In this document: positions 1 to 10,890 of the stretch, in pieces
How positions within the stretch are numbered: position 1 is the first letter of the stretch
How the letters are laid out: the number at the start of each line of letters is the position of its first letter
Source of the DNA: Parcubacteria group bacterium GW2011_GWC1_45_13
Lineage (GTDB): Bacteria > Patescibacteriota > Minisyncoccia > UBA11713 > 2-01-FULL-45-33
Length of the DNA: 64,000 nt
Assembly: GCA_001001285.1 (NCBI GenBank)
Contig: LCKG01000003.1
Location: 27,746 to 91,745, forward strand
Direction: 5' to 3'
Translations under genes and position numbers: made by a program
Notes under the pieces: model-generated
The model's database searches: none
What the model saw: the letters and a program-made list of their open reading frames with translations, nothing else
What the model was told of the DNA's origin: nothing

Positions 1-416
1 TCAAATCTTCTTCGCAGGCTAAAAATAATTTAATAGCTGCGAACCTGGCCCAAGAAGGAATGGAGCTTATGCGAAATTTCCGGGCCAATAATGTTTTTGT
101 TTTTGGTAATTCGGGTTGGACGGCAGAAATGGATAGCTGTTTTTTCGCAGCCGGCTGTCAGATTGACGCGGCGACTCCCGCGACAGTTGCTTGTGGCGCG
201 TCTTGTTCCAATCTAAATTTTGACCAAAATTCAGGGCTTTACAGCTACGACGCCGGCGCGCCCACGATTTTTATAAGAACCATCAATATTGAAACCGTCC
301 CGCTCGGCCTTCCTCCTAGTACGGCTAATGAAATCAAAATCATAGTTTCGGTTTCCTGGCAGGAACGGTTCGGACTGCAGGAGTTCGCGTTAGAGGAGCA
401 TTTGCTTAACTGGTGA
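1..416 (+). CDS. type IV pilin-like protein, 5' part outside window
   Basis: Frame is open from the window start (KSSSQAKNNLIAANLAQEGMELMRN). The LAQEG-E-xRN pattern is typical of minor pilins; first gene of a pilin cluster. Confidence 0.7.
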   Translation, partial: KSSSQAKNNLIAANLAQEGMELMRNFRANNVFVFGNSGWTAEMDSCFFAAGCQIDAATPATVACGASCSNLNFDQNSGLYSYDAGAPTIFIRTINIETVPLGLPPSTANEIKIIVSVSWQERFGLQEFALEEHLLNW

Positions 417-961
417 TTATGGAAAACCAAAAAAAAGGGTTTACGCTTCTGGAAATGATTGTTTCTTTAGGGATTTTTGCCGTGGCCGCTTTGCTTTCCA
501 CAAGCTCGCTCCTTTCTTTAACTGACGCCCAAAAGAAAGCTTTTTCTCTGCAAAGCGCTTACGACAACATCCGTTTTGCTTTGGAGACGATCGCCAAAGA
601 CGCCCGCACAGGAAGTGATTTTTATTGCGGAACGAGTTTTGACGATCTGCCGGCGGTGCCCACTTCGCAGGACTGCGCGTCCGGCGGCCCGTCCTTGACT
701 TACAAAAATGCCGCCGGCGATAATATTGCTTACCGGGTTTTAAACGGAAAAATCGAAAATTTTGTTGACGGCGTTTCAGCTGGTTATATGACTTCCGAAG
801 ACACCGCCATTGATACTTTGACTTTTTATGTTTTGGGTCCGGCGAGCGGCAATCCCCAGCCTCGGATTACCATTATTATAAAAGGCACTGCCGGTAGCGG
901 CCGGAGCGCTTCCAAATTTAACTTACAGACCACTATTAGCCAAAGAAAAATAGGAATATGA
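413..961 (+). CDS. type IV prepilin (N-terminal cleavage/methylation motif)
   Basis: KKG|FTLLEMIV class III signal with Glu5, then a hydrophobic helix; start may be ATG 419. Confidence 0.85.
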   Translation: MIMENQKKGFTLLEMIVSLGIFAVAALLSTSSLLSLTDAQKKAFSLQSAYDNIRFALETIAKDARTGSDFYCGTSFDDLPAVPTSQDCASGGPSLTYKNAAGDNIAYRVLNGKIENFVDGVSAGYMTSEDTAIDTLTFYVLGPASGNPQPRITIIIKGTAGSGRSASKFNLQTTISQRKIGI

Positions 962-1377
962 AAAAACGAGGCGTAACTTTGCTTCTAGCTATATTTATTT
1001 CGTCTCTAGCTCTTGCTCTGAGCTTGGGAATTTTTACGATTATTTTCGGCGAACTAGGCATCTCCGGAACCTCTAAGGAATCTTTAGAAGCGTTTTACGC
1101 GGCCGATTCGGGCATAGAATGCGCGCTTTTTTGGGACATCAAACAGCAAGCGTTTTCTACTTCAACTTCCAATAATATAAGCTGCGCCGGCAATTCATTT
1201 TCCGTAGGCGGGTCTTTGCTTTCCATTTTTGACCTTAATTTATCCAGTAACTCCTGCGCGCATGTCCGACTCCAAAAAACCGGCTCGGAGACGATTATCA
1301 CGTCGCTTGGCGAGAACATCGCCTGCGGGCTCATAGGAAGCCGTACCGTGCAAAGAGGATTGGAAGTGAAATATTAA
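958..1377 (+). CDS. PilX-like minor pilin
   Basis: KRG|VTLLLAI lacking Glu5, plus AFYAADSGIE motif. Confidence 0.75.
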   Translation: MKKRGVTLLLAIFISSLALALSLGIFTIIFGELGISGTSKESLEAFYAADSGIECALFWDIKQQAFSTSTSNNISCAGNSFSVGGSLLSIFDLNLSSNSCAHVRLQKTGSETIITSLGENIACGLIGSRTVQRGLEVKY

Positions 1378-1419
1378 GTTGAAACTCGGCGGATTTTGTG
1401 CTAGAATTAAGTCAATAAA

Positions 1420-3882
1420 ATGGCTCAAAAAGAACCTGAAAAATTACAGGCGATAGGGACGGTTTCGCCAAGAGAGATCGTAACCGAAATGCAGGAGTCT
1501 TATTTGGACTACGCCATGTCGGTTATTGTTTCGCGTGCCTTGCCGGACGTCAGAGACGGCTTAAAACCAGTGCACCGCCGGATTCTTTTTGCCATGCACG
1601 AAATGGGCCTTACGCATTCCGCCAAAACCAAAAAATCCGCTAATGTTGTAGGCGAGGTTTTGGGAAAATATCATCCGCACGGCGACGTTGCCGTTTATGA
1701 TTCATTGGTGAGAATGGCGCAGGATTTTTCCTTGAGATATCCATTGATAGAAGGGCAGGGGAATTTCGGGTCAATTGATGGCGATTCGGCTGCCGCCATG
1801 CGCTACACCGAGGCCAGAATGTCCGCCATTACCACAGAGATGCTCCGGGACATTGAAAAAGAAACAATTGATTTTATTCCGAATTATGACGGGTCAAAAT
1901 TTGAGCCAGTCGTTTTGCCAGCCGCGATTCCGCAACTTTTACTCAACGGTTCCATGGGAATTGCCGTCGGCATGGCCACCAATATTCCACCGCATAATTT
2001 AACGGAAGTCGCGGAGGCGGCGCTCCATTTGATGACGCATCCTAAAGCAACGGTGGAGGACCTTACGGAATTCGTGAAAGGGCCGGATTTCCCGACGGGC
2101 GGAATAATTTTCAATAAAAAAGAAATTTTGCAGGCTTACGCAACCGGCCGCGGCGGAGTTATAAATAGGGGGGAGGCAGAAATTTTGGAGAAAAAAAATG
2201 GCGAATGGCAGATTGTCATCACATCCATTCCTTATTTGGTGAATAAATCGGAGCTGATTGTGAAAATGGCAGATTTGGTGCATGACAAAAAGCTGGAAGG
2301 CATCCGCGATATAAGGGACGAGTCCGACAAAGAGGGCCTCCGCGTGGCGATTGACCTCAAGCGCGACTCTTATCCCCAAAAAGTTTTGAATAATCTTTAT
2401 AAGCATACCGATTTGGAACGCGCCTTCCATTTTAATATGATCGCTTTGGTTGACGGGGGGCGCCAGCCGCAGACACTTTCTTTAAAAAGTATTCTTGAAG
2501 AATTCATCAAACATCGCCGGATAATAATTGAACGAAGGTCAAAATTTGATTTAGCGCGGGCCCAGGACAGGGAGCATATTCTTTTGGGGCTTAAAAAAGC
2601 GTTGGACCATATTGACGCGATAATTAAAACGATAAAAGGTTCCGCCAGCAAAGAAGAGGCGCATAAAAATTTAATTAAAAAATTTGATTTGTCCGACAAG
2701 CAGGCCTCGGCGATTTTAGAAATGCGCCTCTCGGCTTTGGCAGGCTTGGAAAGGCAGAAAATTGAAGACGAGCTGAAAGAAAAACAAAAATTAATCAAAG
2801 AATTAAAAGCGCTTTTGGCGGACGCCAAAAAAATAGACGAAGTCGTGAAAGACGAACTTTCGGAAGCCAAGAAAAAATACGGAGATGAGAGAAAAACAAA
2901 AGTTATTTCGGGAGCCGCGAAAATAATTTCGGCGGAAGATTTGGTGCCGGAAGAAGAAACCATTTTAATTTTAACGCAGGGCGGATACGTAAAAAGAATT
3001 AAGCCGGACGAATACCGCGTCCAGCGAAGGGGCGGCAAAGGAGTCATCGGCGTTACCACAAAAGAGGAAGACGTTGCCTACGAATTTATTTCCGGCAACA
3101 CACACGATGACCTTTTATTTTTTACGAATCTAGGAAAAGTTTATCAAACCAAAATGTACGAAATTCCGGAAGGCACGCGCCAGTCAAAAGGAAAAGCGAT
3201 TGCCAATTTCCTTTCTTTGTCTGCGGACGAAAAAGTTACTTCCGTCCTGCCGGTTCCAAAAACAAAAAAGGGCCAGGCGAGCTACGTAATTTTGTCCACC
3301 CAAAAAGGAGTGACAAAAAAAGTTGATTCCAAAGATTTTGAAGACGTGCGCCATTCCGGAATCCGAGCGATTAACCTCCAAAAGGGGGACACTTTGCGCT
3401 TCGCGCGGGTCGTAATGCCTGGCGAAGAGGTCGCGCTCTCTTCCAAGCTGGGGCAGGCAGTCCGTTTCAAAGAAAAAGACATCCGCCCGATGGGCAGAAC
3501 CGCCCAGGGAATCCGCGGGATGCGCCTTAAAAAGAACGATGAGATAGTTGGGATGGATATTTTGCCGCAAAACGCGAAAAAATTGGAAATTTTATCGGTT
3601 TCCCAGCAGGGCTACGGCAAAAAAACAAATATAACCCAATATCGCCTCCAAAAACGCGGTGGGTCGGGAGTTAAAACATGCAAAGTCACTTCCAAAACCG
3701 GACCTCTGGTTTCTGTTCAGGTTGTGAAAGAAGACCAGCAGGAAATTATCGCGATTTCCAAAAAGGGGCAGGTCATCCGCGCGCCGCTTTCGCAGATTCC
3801 TTCGCTTTCGCGCGCCACGCAGGGCGTGAGAATTATGAAAGTGAACGCAGGAGACGCTGTGGCTTCGGTAACTCTTTTGTAA
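1420..3882 (+). CDS. gyrA: DNA gyrase subunit A
   Basis: [22 protein letters not shown], catalytic AAMRYTE, GyrA-box QRRGGKG. Confidence 0.98.
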   Translation: MAQKEPEKLQAIGTVSPREIVTEMQESYLDYAMSVIVSRALPDVRDGLKPVHRRILFAMHEMGLTHSAKTKKSANVVGEVLGKYHPHGDVAVYDSLVRMAQDFSLRYPLIEGQGNFGSIDGDSAAAMRYTEARMSAITTEMLRDIEKETIDFIPNYDGSKFEPVVLPAAIPQLLLNGSMGIAVGMATNIPPHNLTEVAEAALHLMTHPKATVEDLTEFVKGPDFPTGGIIFNKKEILQAYATGRGGVINRGEAEILEKKNGEWQIVITSIPYLVNKSELIVKMADLVHDKKLEGIRDIRDESDKEGLRVAIDLKRDSYPQKVLNNLYKHTDLERAFHFNMIALVDGGRQPQTLSLKSILEEFIKHRRIIIERRSKFDLARAQDREHILLGLKKALDHIDAIIKTIKGSASKEEAHKNLIKKFDLSDKQASAILEMRLSALAGLERQKIEDELKEKQKLIKELKALLADAKKIDEVVKDELSEAKKKYGDERKTKVISGAAKIISAEDLVPEEETILILTQGGYVKRIKPDEYRVQRRGGKGVIGVTTKEEDVAYEFISGNTHDDLLFFTNLGKVYQTKMYEIPEGTRQSKGKAIANFLSLSADEKVTSVLPVPKTKKGQASYVILSTQKGVTKKVDSKDFEDVRHSGIRAINLQKGDTLRFARVVMPGEEVALSSKLGQAVRFKEKDIRPMGRTAQGIRGMRLKKNDEIVGMDILPQNAKKLEILSVSQQGYGKKTNITQYRLQKRGGSGVKTCKVTSKTGPLVSVQVVKEDQQEIIAISKKGQVIRAPLSQIPSLSRATQGVRIMKVNAGDAVASVTLL

Positions 3883-3883
3883 A

Positions 3884-4507
3884 ATGGATTTGCGGGAGAC
3901 ATACAATAAAATAGCGGAGGACTGGCATAAAGATCATAAACAGGATAATTGGTGGGTTGAGGGAACAAATGAATTTATCTCATTTTTAAAACCAAATAGT
4001 TTGGTGCTTGACGCTGGCTGCGGCGCCGGCACTAAATCTAAATATTTAATAGACAGAGGATTAAAAGTTGTCGGAATAGATTTTTCAGACAAGCTGATTG
4101 AAATAGCAAAAAGAGAAGCGCCTTCCGGAAACTTTTTTGTGATGGATATTAATGAAGCGGACAAACTGAAAGAAAATTTTGACGGGATTTTTGCGCAAGC
4201 GGTTTTACTGCATATTCAAAAAAAAGACGCGGAAAAAACATTAAATAAATTATTGGGCGTATTAAAACCCGGCGGATATTTATACATAGCAGTCAAAGAA
4301 AAAAAATTCGGCGGCGCGGATGAAGAAATAAAAACAGAAAACGACTACGGATATCCTTACGAAAGATTTTTCAGCTATTTTACTTTGGACGAAATAAAAA
4401 ATTTGATGATAGAGTTGGGATTGGCTATTAATTATGAAAATATATCTCAATACGGGTATACAAGATGGATACAGGTCATTGGGCAACAAAATAAAAATGG
4501 AAAATAA
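3884..4507 (+). CDS. class I SAM-dependent methyltransferase
   Basis: VLDAGCGAG motif I, GIDFS, LKPGG. Confidence 0.9.
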   Translation: MDLRETYNKIAEDWHKDHKQDNWWVEGTNEFISFLKPNSLVLDAGCGAGTKSKYLIDRGLKVVGIDFSDKLIEIAKREAPSGNFFVMDINEADKLKENFDGIFAQAVLLHIQKKDAEKTLNKLLGVLKPGGYLYIAVKEKKFGGADEEIKTENDYGYPYERFFSYFTLDEIKNLMIELGLAINYENISQYGYTRWIQVIGQQNKNGK

Positions 4508-4844
4508 AAAATTTATTTTACGGATTAGATTGAGAGATAAATATATTTTTCAAGCAATTAAGAATGGTAACAAGAAAGTTGATACCAGAGCGGCGTCAAC
4601 TAGGAATCGTTCAATAAAAACTGGCGATAAACTCATTTTAATTTGCGGAAAAGAAAAAATTGAAAGAAAAGTAAAGGGAGTTAGAGTTTTTAAAACCATT
4701 TCGGCGCTTCTGAAGAAATATAAACCGCAACAAATCAATCCAAAAACATTTTCGGAGAAAGAAATAACAAAAATGTATTACAGTTTTCCCGGATACAAAG
4801 AAAAAATAAAAAAATACGGGTTGATTGTTATAGAATTGAAATAA
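4497..4844 (+). CDS. ASCH/PUA-like RNA-binding domain protein
   Basis: FQAIKNGNKKVDTR and IKTGD pattern; ATG 4497 overlaps the previous gene end. Confidence 0.75.
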   Translation: MENKKFILRIRLRDKYIFQAIKNGNKKVDTRAASTRNRSIKTGDKLILICGKEKIERKVKGVRVFKTISALLKKYKPQQINPKTFSEKEITKMYYSFPGYKEKIKKYGLIVIELK

Positions 4845-4848
4845 AAAC

Positions 4849-4857
4849 TTATCCACA
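4849..4857 (+). promoter_or_regulatory. perfect DnaA box upstream of nrdJ promoter
   Basis: TTATCCACA just before TTGCGG-16-TAAAAT. Confidence 0.6.
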
Positions 4858-4892
4858 CTTGCGGGGGTTTGCGAGGAGTATAAAATAAGAGA

Positions 4893-7676
4893 ATGAGCGA
4901 GGCGGGAAGCGTAGTTTTTAAAGAGGAATCAAAGAAAGGCGCGCTGTTTGGAGCGCGCGGGCTTAATTTTAAGCGCTATTTTACTAAGGAAGGCGTCCAT
5001 CCCTATGATGAAATAGCGTGGGAAAAACGCGTTGCCCGCATCACCTCATCCAAAGGCGAGGTTATTTTTGAGCAAAAGGGCGTTGAGGCGCCGAAATTTT
5101 GGTCGCAGACGGCAACGGACATTGTCGCCGAGAAATATTTTATGGGGCATGTCGGCAAGCCCGGCAGGGAGTGGTCCGTAAAACAGCTTATAGACCGCGT
5201 TGCAAATACGATGGCGGACTGGGGCAGGCAAGGCGGTTGTTTCGCGGACGAAAAAGACGCGCAAATTTTCAACGAGGAGCTTAAATGGCTATTGGTCAAC
5301 CAGTACGCCTCATTTAATTCGCCGGTTTGGTTTAATGTCGGGGTTGAAAAGAAACCGCAGTGCTCGGCCTGTTTCATTTTGTCCATTACGGACGATAAAG
5401 AGTCCATTGCCGAATGGTATAGGACAGAGATGATGATTTTTTCAGGCGGCTCCGGCGCGGGAATAAATATTTCGCCTCTGCGCTCGTCCAAAGAAAATAT
5501 CGCCGGCCGCGGGAAATCGTCAGGCCCGGTGTCTTTTATGAAAGGAGCCGACGCGATTGCCGGCACAATCCGTTCCGGCGGCAAGACGCGAAGGGCGGCT
5601 AAGATGGTGATTTTAAACGCAAGCCACCCCGATATAAAAACTTTCATAGTTTCCAAATGGAAGGAGGAAGAAAAAGCAAAAGCGCTTATCTCTATGGGTT
5701 ATAACGACGACATTGACGGCGACGTCTATTCAAACATTTTTTTCCAAAACGCCAACAATTCCGTCCGCGCCACGGATGATTTTATGAACGCGGTTTTGGA
5801 AGACAAAAATTGGGAACTCCGAATGATAAAGACAGGCGAGGTTGCCGAGACATTAAAAGCAAGGGACCTTATGAAGCTCATCGCCGAGGCGGCTTGGCAC
5901 TGCGCCGACCCGGGCATGCAATTTGATACGACGATTAATAAATGGCACACCGCTCCCGCCGCAGGCCGCATCAACGGCTCCAACCCGTGCTCGGAATACA
6001 TGCACTTGGACGATTCCGCCTGCAATCTTGCTTCACTAAATCTTCTTAAATTTTTAAATCCGCCGGCTGGCGGAGGCAATTTTGACCACGAGGCGTTTAA
6101 AAAAGCCGTCGGCATTTTTATCACGGCGCAGGATATTACCGTGGACAATTCTTCCTACCCCACGGCTAAAATTGAACAAAACGCCCGCGCTTTCCGCGAA
6201 CTTGGCCTGGGGTACACGAATCTCGGCGCGCTTTTAATGCAGATGGGCTTTCCTTATGATTCAGACGCCGCGCGGGCTTGGGCGGCCGCGATAACTTCAA
6301 TGATGACCGGCGAGGCCTACAATATTTCCACGCGTGTTGCCGAAGCAGTCGGCCCATTTTCCGGATATGAAAAAAATAAGGAGCCGATGCTCGGCGTAAT
6401 CCGCATGCACGGCGAAGAAGCAAAAAAAATAAGCAAAAAGTATCTGCCGGCGGACGTTTGGGAATCCGCCCAAACGCCTTGGGCCGAGGCTCAAAAGCGC
6501 GGCCAGCTCTCTGGCGTCCGGAATTCCCAAGTGAGCGTTTTGGCGCCAACCGGCACGATTTCTTTCATGATGGACGCCACAACCACTGGCATTGAGCCGG
6601 CGTTTTCGCTCGTCGCCTACAAAAAAATGGTGGGCAGAGGATTTTTGAAAATCGCGAACACCTCCGTTGAGCCTGCGCTCAAAAATTTGGGATATAAAGA
6701 ACAAGAAGTCAAAGAAATAATGGATTATATTTTAGCGCATGACGGCATTGAAGGCGCCCCGCATCTTAAAGAAAAAGACATCGCCGTTTTTGATTGTGCC
6801 GTGAACGCCCCCGGCGGCAAGCGAGCCATCCATTATTCCGGCCACATCCGCATGATAGCCGCCGCGCAACCTTTCATTTCCGGAGCGATTTCCAAAACAG
6901 TGAATCTCCCCGAGTCGGCGACGGTTGAGGATATTATGAACACCTACATCGACGCTTGGAAAATGGGGCTTAAGGCGATCGCAATTTACCGCGACAAATC
7001 CAAAGGCGCCCAGCCCCTAAACACTTCCAAGGCAAAGCCATCAAGCGAAAGCGCTGTTGGTGCCAAAGAGGCCGCGCCGTCGGAAGTTGAAAGAAAAAAA
7101 TTGCCGTCAAACGTAAAATCTCTACGCCATAAATTTTCCATCGCAGGGCACGAGGGCTATATCCATTGCGGAATGTATGAAGACGGCAAATTGGGCGAAA
7201 TTTTTATCCGCGTGGCCAAAGAGGGCTCTACCATATCCGGTCTTCTGGATGCCATAGGCGTGCTCATGTCCGTCGCGCTCCAATCGGGAGTTCCGGTTGA
7301 AACTATCGTCAGAAAATTCGTCCATTCCCGTTTTGAGCCGGCCGGATACACAGAAAATCAGGATATTCCGGTTGCCAAATCAATTTTGGATTACATTGGA
7401 AAATTTTTAGCGCTCAATTTTCTTTCTCCAGATGACCAAGCTTCTTTCGGCATCTATTCGCATTCAAAAGAAGCGGAAACTGTCGTGGCGGAGCCTTTTA
7501 AGCTCAAAGAACAACCTAAGCTTTCCTCTCCGGCTTCCGTGCCAGCGGCGTACGACCGCGCTAAAATTTTCGCCTACCAGGATGCTCCCGCCTGCCGTTG
7601 CGGCGCGATTATGATCCGCACCGGCTCCTGCTACACCTGCCCCTCTTGCGGCGAAAACCTCGGGAGCTGCTCGTAG
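4893..7676 (+). CDS. nrdJ: vitamin B12-dependent (class II) ribonucleotide reductase with C-terminal TSCPD-type domain
   Basis: PQCSACFI, SNPCSEY, APTGTIS, ISGAISKTVN, C-terminal Cys cluster. Confidence 0.95.
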   Translation: MSEAGSVVFKEESKKGALFGARGLNFKRYFTKEGVHPYDEIAWEKRVARITSSKGEVIFEQKGVEAPKFWSQTATDIVAEKYFMGHVGKPGREWSVKQLIDRVANTMADWGRQGGCFADEKDAQIFNEELKWLLVNQYASFNSPVWFNVGVEKKPQCSACFILSITDDKESIAEWYRTEMMIFSGGSGAGINISPLRSSKENIAGRGKSSGPVSFMKGADAIAGTIRSGGKTRRAAKMVILNASHPDIKTFIVSKWKEEEKAKALISMGYNDDIDGDVYSNIFFQNANNSVRATDDFMNAVLEDKNWELRMIKTGEVAETLKARDLMKLIAEAAWHCADPGMQFDTTINKWHTAPAAGRINGSNPCSEYMHLDDSACNLASLNLLKFLNPPAGGGNFDHEAFKKAVGIFITAQDITVDNSSYPTAKIEQNARAFRELGLGYTNLGALLMQMGFPYDSDAARAWAAAITSMMTGEAYNISTRVAEAVGPFSGYEKNKEPMLGVIRMHGEEAKKISKKYLPADVWESAQTPWAEAQKRGQLSGVRNSQVSVLAPTGTISFMMDATTTGIEPAFSLVAYKKMVGRGFLKIANTSVEPALKNLGYKEQEVKEIMDYILAHDGIEGAPHLKEKDIAVFDCAVNAPGGKRAIHYSGHIRMIAAAQPFISGAISKTVNLPESATVEDIMNTYIDAWKMGLKAIAIYRDKSKGAQPLNTSKAKPSSESAVGAKEAAPSEVERKKLPSNVKSLRHKFSIAGHEGYIHCGMYEDGKLGEIFIRVAKEGSTISGLLDAIGVLMSVALQSGVPVETIVRKFVHSRFEPAGYTENQDIPVAKSILDYIGKFLALNFLSPDDQASFGIYSHSKEAETVVAEPFKLKEQPKLSSPASVPAAYDRAKIFAYQDAPACRCGAIMIRTGSCYTCPSCGENLGSCS

Positions 7677-7693
7677 CGGTATGGGCAAATAAC

Positions 7694-7855
7694 ATGGGCT
7701 TGCTCAATAAACACTTCTGGAAATTTTTCGCGGGGCTGATCGCGCTGATCTCTATTGGATTTTTAACGATTTACGCCACCGATTTTTACGCGAAAAAACA
7801 ATCTGCCGGTGAAGCCAAGATTTTGGAATCAAAAAGTTCGCGACCTGCCAGGTGA
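7694..7855 (+). CDS. small single-pass membrane protein
   Basis: ATG 7694, one hydrophobic helix (FWKFFAGLIALISIGFLTIY). Confidence 0.55.
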   Translation: MGLLNKHFWKFFAGLIALISIGFLTIYATDFYAKKQSAGEAKILESKSSRPAR

Positions 7856-7865
7856 ACTATATATT

Positions 7866-8087
7866 TTGGCGAAAATATTTGTAAAAGCCAAGGCTGGCGC
7901 AAAGAAGGAAAGCGTTTTAAAAACCGGCGTTTCGGAATTTAAAATTGCCGTAAAAGAGCCGGCGAAGGAGGGGAAAGCGAACGAGGCAGTCGCCAGGGTG
8001 TTGGCGGAATATTTCGGCATCGCACTTTCCAGAGTTCGGCTTCTTTCCGGATTTACCTCCCGCCAAAAAATTTTTGAGATTCTCTAG
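7866..8087 (+). CDS. DUF167/YggU family protein
   Basis: VKEPAKEGKANEAV...LLSGFTSRQK; likely TTG start at 7866. Confidence 0.85.
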   Translation: MAKIFVKAKAGAKKESVLKTGVSEFKIAVKEPAKEGKANEAVARVLAEYFGIALSRVRLLSGFTSRQKIFEIL

Positions 8088-8098
8088 TTTATATATCA

Positions 8099-8124
8099 GC
8101 TAATTCGTGAGAATTAGAGAATAG
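8099..8124. repeat. 26-bp direct repeat copy 1 with 7-4-7 palindrome
   Basis: GCTAATTCGTGAGAATTAGAGAATAG, identical at 8473-8498. Confidence 0.9.
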
Positions 8125-8149
8125 TTGCGGGGTGTGCTAGAATTTTATT

Positions 8150-8413
8150 ATGAATGAAAAAGAGCTGGAAAAGGCGTTAAAAGCGCTGGCCAATAAAAGA
8201 AGGCTTCAAATTCTGCGGTATTTAAAAAAAGTTAAAGAAGCGCCGGTGGGGGATATCGCTGAAGAAATTCGTTTGTCGTTTAAATCAACCTCCCGGCACT
8301 TGGCGGTGCTTGCCGCGGCCGATATTTTAGAGCGGGACCAAAGAAGCCTCCAAGTTTTCTATCGCCTCGGCGCGCTTCGGCACGCGGCGAAATATATTTT
8401 ATCTATTCTTTGA
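8150..8413 (+). CDS. ArsR/SmtB family transcriptional regulator
   Basis: LKALANKRRLQIL...VGDIA...STSRHLAVL winged-helix pattern. Confidence 0.9.
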   Translation: MNEKELEKALKALANKRRLQILRYLKKVKEAPVGDIAEEIRLSFKSTSRHLAVLAAADILERDQRSLQVFYRLGALRHAAKYILSIL

Positions 8414-8472
8414 TGCAATTTTTATGCTTTTATATTTTTGCTTATACCTTTTGTTGTGCTTCTTGTGTCTCG

Positions 8473-8498
8473 GCTAATTCGTGAGAATTAGAGAATAG
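8473..8498. repeat. 26-bp direct repeat copy 2
   Basis: Identical to 8099-8124. Confidence 0.9.
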
Positions 8499-8620
8499 AT
8501 GGGGTTGGGGGAGGCGGGTTTTGGTTTGATAAATAAATGATTTTGTGCGAGAATTTGAGGGAGTGTTGATTTTCGTCTTTAAAATATATTAAATTTGGTA
8601 TATTCTAGAAAAATCAACTC

Positions 8621-9325
8621 TTGAATATGTTGTTAGAAAAAGAAAAAAGAAAATCAGGTAACGAAGCAATACGCGTTTTAATTTCCTTAAAAACAAAGAT
8701 TTTGCGTGATTTAAAGGAAGTTGTTAATGCTGGCGATTTTGATTACCGCACTTTTGGTACAGCCATTGAAAAGCATCTTACTGATATTATTGTCAGTATT
8801 TTTGAGAAAGCCGGTTTTATTAAAAATAATAAAGATTATATCGTTGCACCCCATAAAAATTATTTTCCAGATTTCGAACTAAAAACAGCGCCACCCATCG
8901 CTATTGAGTTTAAATCCGGGAATAGAAATCAAAATAGACAGGGTAAATGGGCGACGGTTAAAAATAGCGAGAATGATATGGGCACTCTTAATGAATGGCC
9001 CAAAAGAATTAAAAAATTCGGTGGTAAAAATATTTATTATATTTTTGTTATCTATAATTTTAGTGAGAAAACAAAACAAGTTCAAAATGTTGAAATCGCT
9101 CCGTTTTATGAATTTTTAGGTTTGAACAAGTCCAAGTTTATTAAATATCGAGAAAAAGATGGAAATTTGCGGCCCAAAAATTTTGATGCTAAGCCGCCCA
9201 TTAAAACTTTTGAGCAATTTGAACAATTAATCAACAAAACCGCCGTTTATAGATCCAGGCGAATTATTAAGAAGCACAGACAAATTATAAAGGATGTGCA
9301 GAATATTAAAAAAGGGATGGATTAA
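8621..9325 (+). CDS. putative type II restriction endonuclease (PD-(D/E)XK)
   Basis: FPDFEL...IAIEFKS motif; AT-rich; converges on and overlaps a DNA methyltransferase gene. Confidence 0.65.
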   Translation: MNMLLEKEKRKSGNEAIRVLISLKTKILRDLKEVVNAGDFDYRTFGTAIEKHLTDIIVSIFEKAGFIKNNKDYIVAPHKNYFPDFELKTAPPIAIEFKSGNRNQNRQGKWATVKNSENDMGTLNEWPKRIKKFGGKNIYYIFVIYNFSEKTKQVQNVEIAPFYEFLGLNKSKFIKYREKDGNLRPKNFDAKPPIKTFEQFEQLINKTAVYRSRRIIKKHRQIIKDVQNIKKGMD

Positions 9326-10868
9326 TTGGTTTACTATTCTGCTTTGTGCCGTAAGTTAATTTAGGATTATCTATAGGATAGATCCCTTCGTTCTCGGATA
9401 TAGTCAAATTTCTTAAATATTTTGATGCCGTTTCAGGCGCGTCGTTGTTATACTTATAACCATTACTTGAACGATAATTAACCTTTTTAAGTTTATCCGC
9501 AACGATTTTTTTATATTTTGGGTCTATATCAATACCAATATAATTTCGGCCTAGTCTTTTTGCTGCCAAAGCTGTTGTACCAGCACCGATAAATGGATCT
9601 AAAATAACATCGTTTTCATCTGTAGTCATAAGAACCAGACGTTCAAGTAATGGTTCGGGGAGTTGGCACGGATGAGCGTCCCTGCGCGTATTATGTCTTA
9701 TGCGATGTATATCCGCCCAAACATCGCTCAAAAGAGTCCCGTGCGGGTGTATTTGGCTTTTCTTGCCCCCATAGTCTTTAATCATTTCACCACAAGTTCG
9801 GCATTTTTTATGCGGCGATCTAAGTTCATGGAATTTAAATCCCTTGGGGGTTTTTGTATAAAATAGTATTCCATAGTGTGCTGGCAACAAAGTTTTTCCC
9901 AGAGGCGTACTCATTGAATCCCATGCTATCCAGTGTTTAAAGATAGCAATTTTGTTAAGATGGTTGGCATAATAAATTAACCACTTTGGTATATTGTGAA
10001 CCAAAATCGAACCCGTTGGTTTAGTTATTCTGACCATTTCGGTTAACCATTGCTCGCACCATTTTATATAATCCTCCGCAACCCTTTTATCTTTATAGTT
10101 TCCGTATTTTTTGTTTAGGTTAAATGGCGGGTCGGCAAAAGTCATATCAATTGAGTTATCGGGTATTTTTCTCATCTCCTCAATTGAATCTCCACACAAA
10201 ATTTCGTTTAATGGAAGTTTTTTGTATTGTTTTGTTTCAGTTTTGATTTCCGGAAAAATAATAGATATGGGCGTTTCCTCTCGAATAACATCTAGCACAA
10301 TCCCTTGAATAGCTACATCCCGCCCATTTCTGAAAATAAGAGGTTCCATATTTTTATTAGCCGGCTGTAAACGGATATATCCGTGCTCTTTATAGAATTT
10401 TTTTAAGGTTGCTTCGTGGTTATCTATAAGAGCTACTACTTTTTGCCCATTTTCGGCAGTTTCTTGTTGGCGCACCAAAACAACGTCGCCATCGTTGATA
10501 TTTTCATCAATCATACTATTCCCGACAACGCGGAGAGCATAAACCTCCGATGAGGAGGGAATTTTACTTTTCGGGACGGCTATGGTTTCTCTTTGTTCCT
10601 CAAATACATGGATTGGCTCACCGGCGGCTATTGTTCCCCATAAAGGAATTTTTACTAGCTTCTCCGACGAGGATATTTCAATGCCTCTTTTCTGATTTTT
10701 TTGCCGCTGTAAATAACCCTTATTTTGCAGTGCCATTAAATGTTGATGAATTGTGGATATAGCCAAGCCCATCCTTTGCCCCATTTCTTTAATGGAGGGC
10801 GCAAAGCCGCGCTTTTTGGTGTAGGAGGTTACAAAATCTAACACCTGTTTTTGCCTGGGGGTAAGCAT
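9306..10868 (-). CDS. LexA repressor fused to N4/N6 (beta-class) DNA methyltransferase
   Basis: N-term LTPRQKQVL..APSIKE HTH, AAG cleavage site, GNSM Ser, TLKK Lys; C-term ADPPF, HPCQLP, LDPFIGAGTT. Confidence 0.92.
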   Translation of the reverse strand: MLTPRQKQVLDFVTSYTKKRGFAPSIKEMGQRMGLAISTIHQHLMALQNKGYLQRQKNQKRGIEISSSEKLVKIPLWGTIAAGEPIHVFEEQRETIAVPKSKIPSSSEVYALRVVGNSMIDENINDGDVVLVRQQETAENGQKVVALIDNHEATLKKFYKEHGYIRLQPANKNMEPLIFRNGRDVAIQGIVLDVIREETPISIIFPEIKTETKQYKKLPLNEILCGDSIEEMRKIPDNSIDMTFADPPFNLNKKYGNYKDKRVAEDYIKWCEQWLTEMVRITKPTGSILVHNIPKWLIYYANHLNKIAIFKHWIAWDSMSTPLGKTLLPAHYGILFYTKTPKGFKFHELRSPHKKCRTCGEMIKDYGGKKSQIHPHGTLLSDVWADIHRIRHNTRRDAHPCQLPEPLLERLVLMTTDENDVILDPFIGAGTTALAAKRLGRNYIGIDIDPKYKKIVADKLKKVNYRSSNGYKYNNDAPETASKYLRNLTISENEGIYPIDNPKLTYGTKQNSKPINPSLF

Positions 10869-10890
10869 ATTTTAATTTTAGCAGGTATAT

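Noticed and set aside
4849-4857. Replication origin
   Set aside because: DnaA boxes are single and far apart; no cluster and no dnaA gene in the window.
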